DNA of 64,000 bases from Octopus vulgaris (lineage: Eukaryota). Within the stretch, counting starts at the first letter, position 1. The number at the start of each line of letters is the position of its first letter. The position numbers and the translations under genes are program-made. The notes beneath the pieces were generated by a model that was not told the DNA's origin, searched no databases, and saw only the letters and a program-made list of their open reading frames with translations. Shown in pieces: positions 12,228 through 25,239 of the stretch. The DNA lies in contig OX597840.1 of the NCBI GenBank assembly GCA_951406725.2, positions 15,066,001 to 15,130,000 of the forward strand, in the 5' to 3' direction.

Positions 12228-12550
12228 TGTGCTAAATTGAAAATATGTTTTAATGGTTTTAATTATAAATTTAATGAGGAGAATATTCATTAGCATGAAC
12301 GAAAATTCATTTCACAAATGAGGCAGGAGTTATGGATATTCATTAGGATAAAACAAAAGAAGTGGGGAAAAGAAAGAGCAATGAAACTAGATCAGGAAAA
12401 CTAGAGAAGATGATAGACATGGAGATGGAAGCTGGATCAGATTGACCTTTCATCGTTTCAGGATCAACAAAAACAAAAGCAGTTCAGGAAGGGGAGTGGG
12501 CAGAGATGTTAGGGTTTTAGTTGTTTTGTGTGGTGATGGTCATTCTGGAT

Positions 12551-12729
12551 CAGGGCTCCATAACCGTTTTTTTCACTTGCAGTACATTTGTGTTCTTTTC
12601 AAAATTCAGTGGCACACTTGGATTAAAAATATAACAGGGAAGAACATTGTATTCAGGTTACACTGCGGCACACCTAGCATCCTCTTGTGACACATTAGTG
12701 TGCCGTGGCATACTGATTGCAGAGCAATG
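12551..12729. mobile_element. Old hAT-type MITE 1
   Basis: Starts CAGGGCTCCATAACC and ends GATTGCAGAGCAATG (degenerate TIR); internal GCGGCACAC/GTGTGCCG repeats; flanked by TTCTGGAT and TTCTTGAT. Confidence 0.55.
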
Positions 12730-12737
12730 TTCTTGAT

Positions 12738-13147
12738 CAGTGCTACTCAAAGTGGTGGTCTGTGGACTGGTGCCGGGCCACAAGCCATCAGCTGTCAGTA
12801 TGTGACGAGTTTCCAGAAAAGAAAGAAACATTATAAAATGCTTATAAAATATTGTATTATTTATTTACAAAATAAATATAAGATAAAAAAAAATTGTCAA
12901 CTTTTATTATATTCATTATATTCATTACTGGTCCATGGCACATTACTCTTTTACTCTTTTCTGTCATTTGACTGTGGCCATGCTGGATCACCACCTTTAG
13001 TCAAGCAAATCGACCCTAGGACTTATTCTTTGTAAGCCTAGTACTTATTCTATTGGTCTCTTTGCCAAACCACTAAGTTATGGGAACATAAACATAGCAG
13101 CATCGGTTGTCAAGCGATGTTGGTGGGACACAGGCACACAAACATAT

Positions 13148-13180
<33 letters not shown>

Positions 13181-13407
13181 CATATATACGACGGGCTTCT
13201 TTCAGTTTCCATCTACCAAATCCACTCACAAGGCTTTGGTCGACCCGAGGCTATAGTAGAAGACACTTGCCCAAAGTGCCACACAGTGGGACTGAACCTG
13301 GAACCATGTCGTTGGTAAGCAAGCTACTTACCACACAGCCACTCCTACACCTACATTGGAAAGAAAAAACTGCTGGTACACCACATTAGATAGTTTGAGA
13401 AGCACTG
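12738..13407. mobile_element. hAT (Charlie/MER5-like) MITE 2 containing a nested SINE A
   Basis: TIRs CAGTGCTACTCAAA / TTTGAGAAGCACTG; 8-bp TSD TTCTTGAT (12730-37) / TTCTAGAT (13408-15), matching the NTCTAGAN Charlie target. Confidence 0.8.
12945..13350 (-). mobile_element. SINE family A, full length, nested in hAT MITE 2
   Basis: Similarity to the other family A copies. Confidence 0.85.
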
Positions 13408-14119
13408 TTCTAGATCTTTCCATTGTGGCAATAATGCCTGCGACAAGACTGACATCAAACTGTGTCAGACTTGTTTCTCTCAGAAAACATTGGTAACATA
13501 AAAAGAGAGATTGGACAATTGCTGACTTTGCCTAAGTCCATCTTGGACATCCAGAAGCAACACAAGATCAATCCTGACTGAAGGCAGACCTAGATTTCAC
13601 TCATTCCCTGAGTAACAGTGGAATTGAATCTTGACAGCAAAGCCATGTGACTGACACACAAACACCTGCAATGGAAGGAAGGGGGGTTAGAGAATGCTTT
13701 TGGCCTGAACATACTTAAAAGCATCACAAACTAACGAGCTACTTATTACAAGTTTCACCAGGTTGTCTCTAATTTGAAGCAGAAAAAAACACTTGTATTT
13801 TTTTTTGTTTTGTTTTTTTAATCTTATGTTCTTCTATATTCCTTTCAAATTTATGGAGTCAAAAGTTGGATAGAAGAGTTAGCTGGTGAGTGGCGAGGAC
13901 AGAAGGGCAGGTATCACAAAATGTCTCAATATGTTGACGTGTTCTATTATATCTTATGGCAACGTTTCACATAGAACTTTGGTTGGGTTTCATTAAAATG
14001 GAAGACACAGATCCTTCAGAACACTTCTTTCTCTTCCATGTGGACACTTGAAGTGGTTGCTGAGCTATTATTGGTGGCAGAGCGAATTATCTTTGCTTCA
14101 TGTCTTTTACTCCCTATAC

Positions 14120-14345
14120 GCATATATGCACACACACACACACACGTGCGCATGCACATGTATGCATGCATACACACACATGCATACGCATTCACACATA
14201 TACATTTGGAGATGTATGTATAGATACATTATAAAAGTAAATGCAAGAAGTGTGTGTGTATGTATATAGATATATGTGTTTATGTGTGTGTATACATATA
14301 TGCATATATCTATCTATATATATATATATGCATATATATATATAC

Positions 14346-14392
<47 letters not shown>

Positions 14393-14414
14393 TATATATA
14401 CACATACATATATG

Positions 14415-14455
<41 letters not shown>

Positions 14456-14550
14456 TATATATGTGTATATTATATATATATATATGCATATATATACTCA
14501 TATATATATGTATATATATGCATATATATATATATATACATACATATATG

Positions 14551-14587
<37 letters not shown>

Positions 14588-14994
14588 TACATATATATAT
14601 ATAAACATGCTTACATATATGTGTGTGTTGATTGATAGGTTTGTACATAAACAAAACATTATATATATATATACCTACATACATACATATATACATACAT
14701 ACATACATACATGCATATATACATGCATACACACACTACAATGTTATATAAGTACGCATGCATACAAAAGCTCTCAGAGATGGGAATGTGTAAATAAGGT
14801 TGAGGCGTAGAAAATGTAGGTGTGAAATGAAGGGTTTTAGGGTGGAGGGTGGGGTGCGGCTTTAAGAAAGAGTGGCCAGGGAAAGGTCAAGCCCGTAACC
14901 TTTTGATATTAGGGGTCCAGTAGAGCATTTAGAAAGTTGCATACTTTAACTGGAACTCAATCTTCACTTTAACCATTGTATGAATGGACATGAA

Positions 14995-15026
<32 letters not shown>

Positions 15027-15260
15027 TCTGTGTATGTGTGTGTGTGTTTGTATGTATATGCATATGCATTCAACATATATGCATATTTATATGCGTATAC
15101 ATCTGTATGCATGTTTATATATACATGTATCTTTGTACATGTATATTTAATGTGTGCTTCCTGTGTATGTGAATATGTGTGTGTGTGTATTATACATTGC
15201 ATTTACATACGTAAACACAAACATAGATACACATTTACACATTCATAAATATACATTTAC
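14120..15260. repeat. (TA)n/(CA)n/(TG)n/(TACA)n compound microsatellites
   Basis: Seen directly. Confidence 0.9.
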
Positions 15261-15484
15261 ACATAATTATGTGCTATAATTTACAACTAACAAACATTTC
15301 TGTCTCGTTATTGTCTCTCTTCTTCTTAATTAACCCTCTTCTATTCTTGTGTAATAATCACCCGCCCCCCTCATCTCCTTCTTCTCTCAAGACTTCTAAG
15401 AGGGAAGGGGTGGGGTGGTGCGTTGCATAAGAGTTAGCTGTTTGCTCAACCATGAAAATATCAAAGTTCTTTTGATCAACAATT

Positions 15485-16210
15485 CAATACCAACACCACC
15501 ATCACCACAACCACCAAAACAACAACCACAGCCTTCACCACAACCACCACTGCAACCACCACCAAAACAACAACCACCACCACCACAACAAACCACCACC
15601 ACCACAACAACAACCACAGTAAACAGCCTCCACCACCATCATCACAACTACAACTCCCACCACAATAACAACTACCACCACCACAACCACCACCACCAAC
15701 AACAACAACTTCCATCACTACCACAACTACCGTCCCCACCAACAACCACTGTCACCACCACAACCAACACTACAACCACAACCATTTCTATTGCTACTGT
15801 TATCATCACTGCCCCCACTCCAACACTACCATGACCTCCACCACTTATGTTGTCTTCATCAATATCACTACATCCTGCACAGCCATTACCAGTTTTGCAG
15901 CACAAAGCACATCACCATCACCACCACTAACACTACTACTACTACTACTGCTGCTGTTGCTGCTGCTGCTACCAGCAACTTGACCACCATCTGCACTAAC
16001 ACCATCCGATACCAATCACATCAATATCCCCATCTCCACCACCACCACCATCATCAGGTTACTGCCTTCATCACCATCATCATCACCATCATCATCATCA
16101 GTGTTAATACCAACAACATTACAACTTCCTTCTTATCATCATCATCAATACCAGTACCCTCACTAGCAACAGCATCATTAATATGTCCACCATCACCACT
16201 ACCAATGCCA
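15485..16210. repeat. (ACC)/(ACA)/(CAT) trinucleotide low-complexity tract
   Basis: Seen directly. Confidence 0.85.
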
Positions 16211-16959
16211 TCTTCAAAAGACAGACTTTAACCATGCTGTTGGTCGTTGGTCTGCTGGATCGAGTTTGGCCTAGGGTTAAATATCATGAGTATCACAACC
16301 AGGAAAAACAACAGCAACACCATTTTCATATACCACTCACTTTGACATCTCTCTCTCTCTCTTTCTTACTCTTTTTCTCTCTCTCACTCTGTCACTCACT
16401 CAATGTCTTCCACTATCTCTATCTCTCTTTCTCTTCCTCTCTCTCTCTCTCTCTCTTTCTCTCTGTCACTCATTCAGTGTCTTCCTCTCTCTCTCTCCCT
16501 TCACTCTCTCTCTCCTTCCCACACACATGTGTGTACATGTGTGTGTAATTTTATTCAAAGACTGGATTAACTGCTGATCACACTACAACAGTTAGTTTCA
16601 CCACCTATTGGTTTATTAGGCAATAATTTTAATTCACCTCCATTGCTGATGTCAAACAATAAATAACCAGTTTCAAATCACAACACTTACTTTATTCATG
16701 AAAATGAACCATAATGTCTAATTCCTTGTTTTTTTTTTTTCCCTCTCACCCAAGGAAATTAATTGAACATTAATTTCCTTCCTTGAACTGTTAAAGTTTT
16801 CTGTCTCTTTTTTTCGTTCTTTATTTCTTTCCTTTCTTTTCTTTTTCATACTTTTATTGGTGCCTTCTAGCTATGGTTTCATGTTAATGCCATACTTTCA
16901 ACTGCGAAAGAAAAATCACAGAAAAATGCTTCATCAAGCACATTAAGGTTTCCTGAGGC

Positions 16960-17600
16960 TCTGATATAAAACCAAGGATCTTAAAGGAGAGCAGGCCTTC
17001 TTTGTTAAGGCGTTTATAACTTGTGATTTTGTAGGAACCTTGAAATTCTTGTGATTTCCTTTCTGTCTGTCTTTTCTCTCAGGGTAGCCATCTCAATGTA
17101 AAGTCTTTTGTCCACATTTGGTGCCATTAAATGTTCTGTATTATAGATGCAGGAATTGTCTGTTTTGCAAGTTATTTTTATACTTGCAATAATATCACCA
17201 AACACTAACGGTTCCAATAATAGTTCTCAGCTTTCTGCCATATTGACCGTAACAAAAGTTTCTTCAGGCAGAAAACATTTTTAGAATTCTTCAAATGCAA
17301 TTTTCATTACCAAACCCTGGGCTTCTATTCTTTGTTGCTGACAACCAAAAAATAAAATTATATTACCTGTGTTCCCTGATCTTTTAAAGAAGTGACATAA
17401 CTATTTGCAACAGTTTATTAAACGATCAAAGTTTTCTAATTCTATGGTTTGCTTTTGTTACAGTTTTGTTAACTTGTTTAGCAAAATACTCTTCAAATTC
17501 TTGTTTTATAATGGAATTTAATGGACAAATATCTTAACACAAATCTGATTTAATTTTCATGACCTACCAAATTTGTTGACTGCTTAAACTCATTGAAATA
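16960..17600 (-). mobile_element. Highly decayed Ty1/copia (GalEa-like) RT-RNaseH fragment
   Basis: Minus-strand pieces with frameshifts: W*VMKIKSDLC*DICPLNS (~TRPDL.FDVC.L), SLKDQGTQ/GNIILFLV (~DG.SQGG.IIFL), ETFVTVNMAES, ITCKTDNSC...VDKRLYIEMATLREKTDRKEI, VPTKSQVINALTKK (~WV.T..QLAD.LTK). Confidence 0.7.
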
Positions 17601-17704
17601 ACAAGGAAGAAGAAATGTGATCAACCATTAATACAGATTTTGAGTAAAAATATTTTAGGTTTTACAACCTCTCTGCTGATATTTTACACATCCATTCTAT
17701 ATGT

Positions 17705-18110
17705 GTATGGATGTGTGGCAAGAAGCTTGCAACCCAACCACATGGTTCTGGGTTCAATCCCACTGCGTGACACCTTGGGCGAGTGTCTTCTACTAGTCTC
17801 AGGCCGACCAAAGCCTTGTGGGTGGATTTGGTAGTTGGAAACTGAAAGAAGCTCATCGTGTATATATGTATATGTGTATATATTTATGTGTGTGTGTGTG
17901 TCTGTGTTTGTTCCCCCACTATCGTTTGACAACCAATTTTGGTGTGTTTATGTCCTCGAGACTTAGCAGTTCAGCAAAAGAGTCCGATAGAATAAGTACT
18001 AGGCTTACAAAGAAAAAGTCCTGGGTTCGATTTCTTTGACTAAAGGTGGTGCTCCAGCATGGCTGCAGCCAAATGACTGAAACATGCCAAAGAGTAAAAG
18101 AGTAAAAAGA
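17705..18110 (+). mobile_element. SINE family A
   Basis: Similarity to the other copies, with AGTAAAAG tail. Confidence 0.85.
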
Positions 18111-18114
18111 GTAT

Positions 18115-19030
18115 ATCATCATCATCATCATCATTTAATGTCCATTTTCCATGCTGGCATGGGTTGAAAGGTCTGACAGGGACTATCAAGGCCAGGAGCT
18201 GCACCGGCTTCCACAGTCTGTTTTGGCTTGGTTTCCACAGCTGGCTTCCCTTCCTAATGCCAAGCACTCTACAGAGTGTACTGGGCGTTTTTTATATGGC
18301 ACCAGCACCAGTATCCTTCAAGGCCTAGCATTATCAAGGTGGTTTTACGATATGAATTCTGTTCTGTTCTGTCGTGGTGAGCGAGTCATCTTGAGTACAG
18401 CGATGCAGCACATGTCTCAGTCTTTTGTCATCTCCTTTATAAGGTTCAGCATTTTGAGATCAGCCTTCAGTACTCCAACCCATGTCTTCAACAACTTCCA
18501 TCCACTTTCAGTGATCGGCACTTCTTTATGCAACCTATCCTCATCTATCCACATCACATGACCAAACCAGTGCAGTCTTCTCTCTTGCACACTGCATATA
18601 ATTTTGCTTATACCTTACTTCTCAATGCACTAGTGCTCTGTTGCACATAAACTGACATCGCACATCCAGTGGAGCATGCCAGCAGCTTTGTTCCTCTCTA
18701 GTCTTCACATGTCCTCTGCATTCAGGACTCATGTCTCACTACCATGTAGCATTGCAGTTTGTGCACATGCATCATACAATCTTCCTTCCATTCAGAAGGA
18801 GAGACATTTGTTTGCCAACAGAAGTAAAAACTCTCTGAACTTTCTCCATCTGATTCTTATTTAGCAATTACTCTTTTAGTACATCCTGCTCCACTGCCAA
18901 TTAGGTCGCCTAAATTAGCAGAAATTATCTACTGCATCTAGAATACCTCCAGGACATTTGAAGAAATCAGTTTCCTTTGAATCTCCAGGCTTCATGGTTC
19001 TTGTACATCTTCCATGTACAAACACTAATT
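18115..19030 (-). mobile_element. RTE-clade LINE 3' fragment with (GAT)n tail
   Basis: Minus-strand translation includes CPGGILDAVDNFC, IRIRWRKFREFLLLL, GRLYDACAQTAMLHGSE, and LHWFGHV; ends in the AACCCATGCCAGCATGGAAAA..(GAT)n tail. Confidence 0.8.
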
Positions 19031-19499
19031 TGTCTGCTTCCTACTATTACTCACACATATACACATTTATAGTTTATGTTTAAAATTAAAGTTTAGATAG
19101 GAGACTTTAAAACAGGGGTTTTAAACAATTCTACTCACGAGCCCATTTTATTTTGCCTGCAGGCTGATATACTCACATATACAAAATATAGTAAATTTCC
19201 CAATTATAACATTTATACAATATTCATGTGCCAATTTGTGACACAGGTTGCGTTTTCACTATGATTTAAAACTGTTAGAATCGAACAGAAAGTATCCGGT
19301 AATTTCCATTTGAATGGAAATTTTGTTATTACTATAAAGCACATATTGCTAGGTTTGTACCCCCCCCCCCTTGAAACCCAGTTACCCTCTTGCTGGAAAA
19401 TATAGAATACTCATAAGTAATATAAATGTCCTAAATTCAGAGGCAGCTTTAATGAAGCTTAACTCGTTAAACTTATTTTTATTAATGAAAATCAAATCA

Positions 19500-19998
19500 A
19501 ATCAAAACAAATCAAAATAGATGAACATCAATGGAATTTGTATCTTTGTGGTACCAGTGCCGGTGGCACACAAGAAAATCATCCGAACGTGGCCGTAGCC
19601 AGTACCGCATAGACTGGCCTCCGTGCTTGGGGGACGTAACAAACACCATCCGATCGTGGCCGTCCGCCAGCCTCATCTGGCACCTGTGTCGGTGGCACAT
19701 AAAAACACCATCCGAGCGTGGCCGTCTGCCAGCCTCGTCTGGCACCTGTGTCGGTGGCACATAAAAACACCATCCGAGCGTGGCCGTTCGCCAGCCTCGT
19801 CTGGCACCTGTGTTGGTGGCACATAAAATCACCCACTACACTCTCGGAGTGGTTGGCGTTAGGAAGGGCATCCAGCTGTAGAAACACTGCCAGATCTGAC
19901 TGGCCTGGTGCAGCCTTCGGGCTCCCCAGACCCCAGTTGAACCGTCCAACCCATGCTAGCATGGAAAACGGACGCTAAATGATGATGATGATAATGAT
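19500..19998 (+). mobile_element. RTE-tail non-autonomous element with internal 62-bp tandem repeat
   Basis: Unit GTCGGTGGCACATAAAAACACCATCCGAGCGTGGCCGT..GCCAGCCTCGTCTGGCACCTGT at 19688-19749 and 19750-19811 plus partial copies; then GTTGGCGTTAGGAAGGGCATCCAGC..(GAT)n. Confidence 0.8.
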
Positions 19999-20029
19999 GA
20001 TGTATATCGAATTATACATAGATATCTCT

Positions 20030-20407
20030 GTTTACTCTTTTACTTGTTTCAGTCATCTGACTGCAGCCATGCTGGAGCACCAGGACTTATTCTTTGTAAA
20101 CCTAGTACTTATTCTATCGGTCTCTTTTGCCGAACCGCTAAGTTATGGGGATGTAAACACACCAGCATCGGTTGTCAAGTGATGTTGGGGGACAAACACA
20201 GATACACAAAAACTCACGCACATATATATACATATACATATATACAACAGGCCTCTTTCAGTTTCTGTTTACCAAATCCACTCACAAGGCTTTGGTCAGC
20301 CCGATGCTGTAGTAGAAGACACTTGCTCAAAGTGCCATGCAGTGAGATTGAACCTGGAACCATGTGGTTGGTAAGCAAACTACTTACCACACAGCCACTC
20401 CTGCGCC
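20030..20407 (-). mobile_element. SINE family A
   Basis: Similarity to the other copies. Confidence 0.85.
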
Positions 20408-20639
20408 AATACAAGATTTACACAGATATAAGAGCTAGAACTTGTGATGCACCCATGGGCCTTTTTCTTTGGAAATGTTTACCTGCCACACTATAGTTTC
20501 CTCACTCCTGCTTATGTTGGGTGTGTCCCTAGTAGTACGCCTTGAAAGTACATTCACCACATATGGCTACCAGGCATCAACTGCGATTCTGCACTTTAGT
20601 CACAGGATCTGCATATGGAATTCCTCAGTGCTCGTTTAG

Positions 20640-20831
20640 TATATTTTAAATAATTGATACGGAAGACAAAGTGTACTGCAAGCTTTATTTAGCACGACGA
20701 TCATTTCAGCTTATATTGTTCCCCCAACCCCTAGGGAGCTGTGCAGATGTAAGCCAAAATGATCGTCATGCTAAATAAAGCTAATAAAGCTCACAGTACC
20801 CTCTTTTTTCCCTATCTATTATTTAAAATAT
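20640..20831. repeat. Inverted repeat (~75-bp arms) resembling an inverted PLE pLTR end with an HHR 3' half and AATAAA
   Basis: GCTTTATTTAGCACGACGATCATTTCAGCTTA vs TAAGCCAAAATGATCGTCATGCTAAATAAAGC, extending outwards to ATATTTTAAATAA / TTATTTAAAATAT. Confidence 0.7.
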
Positions 20832-21339
20832 TTTTGTATGTATAATAATTAATTGTCTGTGTTTTCATACTAAAACTCAAAGGGGATCAATATACAGCAG
20901 TGTTAAAAGTGAGAAGTGTCTAACATGTGTTATAACAGTGTGTTGTTAAACTAAGCTTTTCCTTATATCTAAACGTTTTGTGCAGCTGACAAACATCAAA
21001 CATATTCACTGGTGAGTGTGAAATAATATATTTCAGATCCCCCAGTTTACGCATCGACCGCAAAAGGCCTTAACCCTTTTGTTGCCAACTCAGCTGAATC
21101 CAGTTCTGGCCCTGTTGTACAAATGTCTTGTTTTCCTAAGTTTTGAATTAAAACCTTCCACCAAAACTTAGTCACAATTTATGTTCCTAACACTAGCTGA
21201 ATGATAACTAAGTTATTTTACTAAATTCTTTGTTATATTTCAAATTAATTGAAAGAAACACAGAGTATCTCAAAATAAATACAGTAAGGAAAGGCCTTGA
21301 GGTGTGGAGGAATAATCCTATTTACCTTTCTTTTATTCT

Positions 21340-22470
21340 TTTATTTTTCTGACTTGTTTCAGTCATTTGACTGCTGCCATGCTGGAGCACCAATCTCTAG
21401 CTGAACAAATCAACTCCAGGACTTGTTCTTTGTAAGCCTGGTACTTATTCGATCGGTCTCTTGTGCCAAAATGCTAAGTTACAGACACGTAAGCACACAG
21501 ACATTGGTTGACAAGCAATGGTGGGGGACAAACACAGACACACAAATACAAACATACATATGTATATATATATATATATATACGACAGGCTTCTTTAAGT
21601 TTCTGTCTACCAAATCCACTCACAAAGCTTTGGTTGGCCTGAGGCTATAGTAGATGATGCTTGCTTAAGGTGCCATGCAGTGGGACTGAACCCGGAACCA
21701 CGTGGTTGGGAAGCAAGCTTCTTAGCACACATCCATACTTGCACGTAGAATTAATTATACACCTGTGTGTATCTTTTATCTTCTATCTTTATCTTGTTTC
21801 CATCATTAGAGCATGGTCATGCTAGGGCACCACCTTGAAGGGTTTTAAATCAAACTGAACCCAGTACTATTTAAAAAAAAAATTTAAGCCTGGTATTTAT
21901 TCTATCAGTCTCTTTTGCTGGACTGCCAAGTTACAGGGACATAAACACACCAACACAGGTTGTCAAGTGACAGTGGGGCACAAGCACAAACCCTCACACA
22001 CACACGTGCATGCACATAGATATACAACATATATATGATGGGCTTCTTTCCGTCTACCAAATCCACTTACAAGACTTTGGTCAGCCCAAGGTTATAATAG
22101 AAGACACTGGCCCAAGGTTCCATGCAATGAGATTGAACCTAGAACCATGTGGTTGGGAAGCGAGTTTCTTACCACACACCTGCAACAATATATGTATGTA
22201 TATTCCTTTACCTGTTTCAGGCATTTTACTGCAGCCATGCTGGAGCACCACCAACATCGGTTGTCAAGTGATGGTGTTGGGGGAGAAACACAGACACATG
22301 CACAAATACATACATACATACATATATACGACAGGCTTCTTTCAGTTTCTGTCTACCAAATCCACTCACAAGGTTTTGGTCGGCCTGAGGTTATAGTAGA
22401 AGACACTTGCCCTAGGTGCCATGCAGTGGGACTGAACCCAGAACCATGTGGTTGGGAACCATGTGGTTGG
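21340..22470 (-). mobile_element. Cluster of three co-oriented SINE A copies (~21340-21745, ~21790-22185, ~22205-22470)
   Basis: Repeated TACCAAATCCACT..AAG..TTTGGT and GAACC.GAACCATGTGGTTGGGAA motifs. Confidence 0.8.
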
Positions 22471-22827
22471 CAAGCCACTATTGCATCATCATTATCATTG
22501 TTTAACATCTGCTTTCCATGCTAGCATGGGTTAGATGTTTTGACCGAGGACTGGTGAACCAGTTGGCTGCACCAGGCTCCAATCTGACCTTGCAGAGTTT
22601 CTACTGCTGGATGCCCTTCCTAATGCCATAATGCCCTTCCTAACGCATATAAAAATATATATAGACGCCTGTGTCTATATATATATTTATATATAACCAT
22701 CAACATTACTATTGCCAACATTATCATCACTGTCGATATAGCCAATCATCATCATCATCATCTTCATCATTGTCAACACTATCATCATCTTCACCACTAC
22801 CACCATTACTACCATCACCAATAACTT

Positions 22828-23165
22828 TCTAGAAATAGCAGCCAAATCTCCTTCTTCTTATACCACCCTGCCATCTTTAAAACAAGGACATGTTGGATAA
22901 TAATATTCAGCATGTCCTACTCATAGGAAGAAAGAAGTTGAATGGTCATCAATGGATTGCCTTTGATCATTGAATTTCTTTGATTCCAATCGGTACAGCC
23001 TTGGGCTAATCAACAGGAGCAGCAACACCACCTCCACCATCATCATCCTATGTGGTGAGTTTCCTGTATAAGAAAACAGATTGGATGGTCACAGTTGGAA
23101 TGTCTATGATCATAGATGGTCTGTTTGATAAGAAATAACTTGGGGCTAAATAACAGCAACAACAT
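22828..23165 (+). repeat. Old dispersed repeat family E (AGAAATAGCAGCCAAATCTCC ... GGGGCTAAAYAACA)
   Basis: Related pieces at ~5580-5680(-), ~6445-6480, ~9655-9695, ~27495-27660(-), ~60295-60460 and ~62490(-). Confidence 0.55.
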
Positions 23166-23169
23166 CACC

Positions 23170-23500
23170 ACTACTATCAGCATTAACACCTACAACAACA
23201 AACGTCAATAATATATCAACCCAACACCACCCTCTCACACCCCAACTACTAAACCATGTTTTGTCCCCACCCCCACCTTCCATCAACCTACCAACCATCA
23301 CTACCAAATCACTGTCCCCCTCCCCCACTTTTATCATATTCACTACTACCATCACCACTACCACCACCACTACCATCACTACAACAACCACCACTACAAC
23401 AACCACTACCACCACAACCATTATCACCATCACTGCCACCACAACAACCACCACCACCACAACAATTATCACCATCACTGCCACTACCCCCCCCCCCGTC
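23170..23500. repeat. (ACC)/(ACA) low-complexity tract
   Basis: Seen directly. Confidence 0.8.
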
Positions 23501-23541
23501 ACCACCCTCTCCAACCCCACCCCTGCCCCAGTGTTATTTAC

Positions 23542-23593
23542 AGTTCTGTTCCATGTTCCGTTGTCGTCCATTCTTTGATAGATTCCCACTCGT
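23542..23593 (-). other. Candidate 52-nt internal exon
   Basis: Acceptor ttccatttttctttgatttcgttccag and donor gtaaat; unique sequence; all three frames are open. Confidence 0.4.
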
Positions 23594-23721
23594 CTGGAAC
23601 GAAATCAAAGAAAAATGGAATGTTCGTTAAATGAAAGATAATTGTTACTAGCTTTCTGGTTTGGTGGTCGTGGTGCAAGGATGTGAGAATTTCAACTTGA
23701 AGGAAGAGGAAGCAGAGGAGA

Positions 23722-23756
<35 letters not shown>

Positions 23757-23955
23757 GGCAGTGAGCTGGAAGAATCGTTGGAACACCAGACAAAATGCTT
23801 AGCAGCATTTTGTGCGTCCTTACATTCTGAATTTAAATTTACCCTATCATCCTTTCGGGGTTTATAAATTAAATACTGGTGAAACATTGGGGTCAATTAA
23901 TCGATTTAATCCCTCCTCGAAAATGGCTGCCCCTGTGGCAAAATTTGAAACCATT
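23757..23955 (+). mobile_element. SINE family B (GGCAGTGAGCTGG head; TTGCCTTTCATCCTTTCGGGGTCGATAAATTAAGTACCAG Meta/MESC-like central domain) within (ATT)n
   Basis: Similarity to copies at 26054-27050, 30430-30645, 50625-51035 and 53788-54510. The domain name is assigned from memory. Confidence 0.75.
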
Positions 23956-23960
23956 ATCAA

Positions 23961-23992
<32 letters not shown>

Positions 23993-23999
23993 TCACCAT

Positions 24000-24540
24000 G
24001 ATTATTATTATTGAATGAGAGAGCAGTACATGACATCAGAGTGAAACTGGAGTAAAATATACGAAGCCCAGTATACCTATCATGACTACCCATCTGATAA
24101 GGGTACACCAAGCACATGCATCACAACCTTATGTTCATAACATGGTGATCTATCAAGATAAATAGCGCATGATCTTGCAGGTGGGGCCCAGTTAGAATTT
24201 TTTTCAGTTCAAATAGCCCATCTGCTCAAAAGGTCCCTGAATAAGGGTCATTTAAGGATGGGGAATAAAACAGCCCTGTTTCCATCAAACCCCAAAGAAT
24301 TCCTCTCAACACATGGCTATGATGCTCCCCTACTACTTCTGCTCATGATCAGAGGTGCACATATTGTCAGCCACAAAGGGACATGCTCAAGTAGTTATGG
24401 TCAAGCAATTGACAAGCAAATCTGTGGTATTGAGCAGAATATTAGCTGTAGCCCATCTTTTATACCAAGACAAAACACTGTACATGATAACACTTCCAGT
24501 CAGTTAAAATCAGAAGCCATGAGGCCACTGCCTTGTATTG
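24000..24540 (-). mobile_element. Probable non-LTR retroposon segment ending in an (AAT)n tail
   Basis: Moderately GC-rich non-coding block abutting (AAT)n on the minus strand; single copy in this window. Confidence 0.3.
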
Positions 24541-24727
24541 AAAGAGTCTTGGAGAAAAATACTCATTGAAGAATCAATAATTACTAAAATTTCATGACTT
24601 ATACAAAGAATATTTTATAAATATTATGGCATGTTAAACCAATGTGGGAGTTGTGTTAATGGACGATAGGGGTGTTTTAAAGATTTTGTGGTCAGGAGTG
24701 TTGAAAAAGACAGCAAGGGATACTCTC

Positions 24728-25133
24728 ATTTACTTGTTTCAGTCATTTGACTGCAGTCATGCTGGAGCACCGCCTTTAGTCGAAGAAATCAACTCCAGGA
24801 CTTATTCTTTGTAAGCCTAGTACTTATTCTATCAGTCTCTTTTGCCAAACTGCTAAGTTATGGGGACGTAAATACACCAGCATCGGTTGTCAAGTGATGT
24901 TGGGGACGAACACAGACACACAAACATATACACACACAGACACACATATATACATGCATATACATATATACGATGGGCTTCTTTCAGTTTCCATCTACCA
25001 AATCCACTCACAAGGCTTTGGTCGGCCCGAGGCTACAGTAGAAGACACTTACCCAAGTTGCTACGCAGTGGGAATGAACCAGGAACCATGTGGCTGGTAA
25101 ACATGCTACTTACCACACAGCCACTCCTGCGCC
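24728..25133 (-). mobile_element. SINE family A, full length
   Basis: Similarity to the other copies. Confidence 0.9.
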
Positions 25134-25196
25134 TAACTCTTTTAATGAATGTTAGAAGTTTATTACTTGTGGAAATAAGCACATGCATGCACACGT

Positions 25197-25239
<43 letters not shown>

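Noticed and set aside
19555-19830. CRISPR-like periodic repeat
   Set aside because: Contiguous 62-bp units without unique spacers, inside a retroposon in eukaryotic DNA; no cas genes.
20986-21040. Plus-strand micro-exon with gtgagt donor
   Set aside because: Isolated, with no supporting plus-strand exon chain; the next acceptor would give an implausible 25-nt intron.
21070-21298. piggyBac-like MITE starting TTAACCCTTT
   Set aside because: The right terminus does not give a convincing TIR or TTAA.
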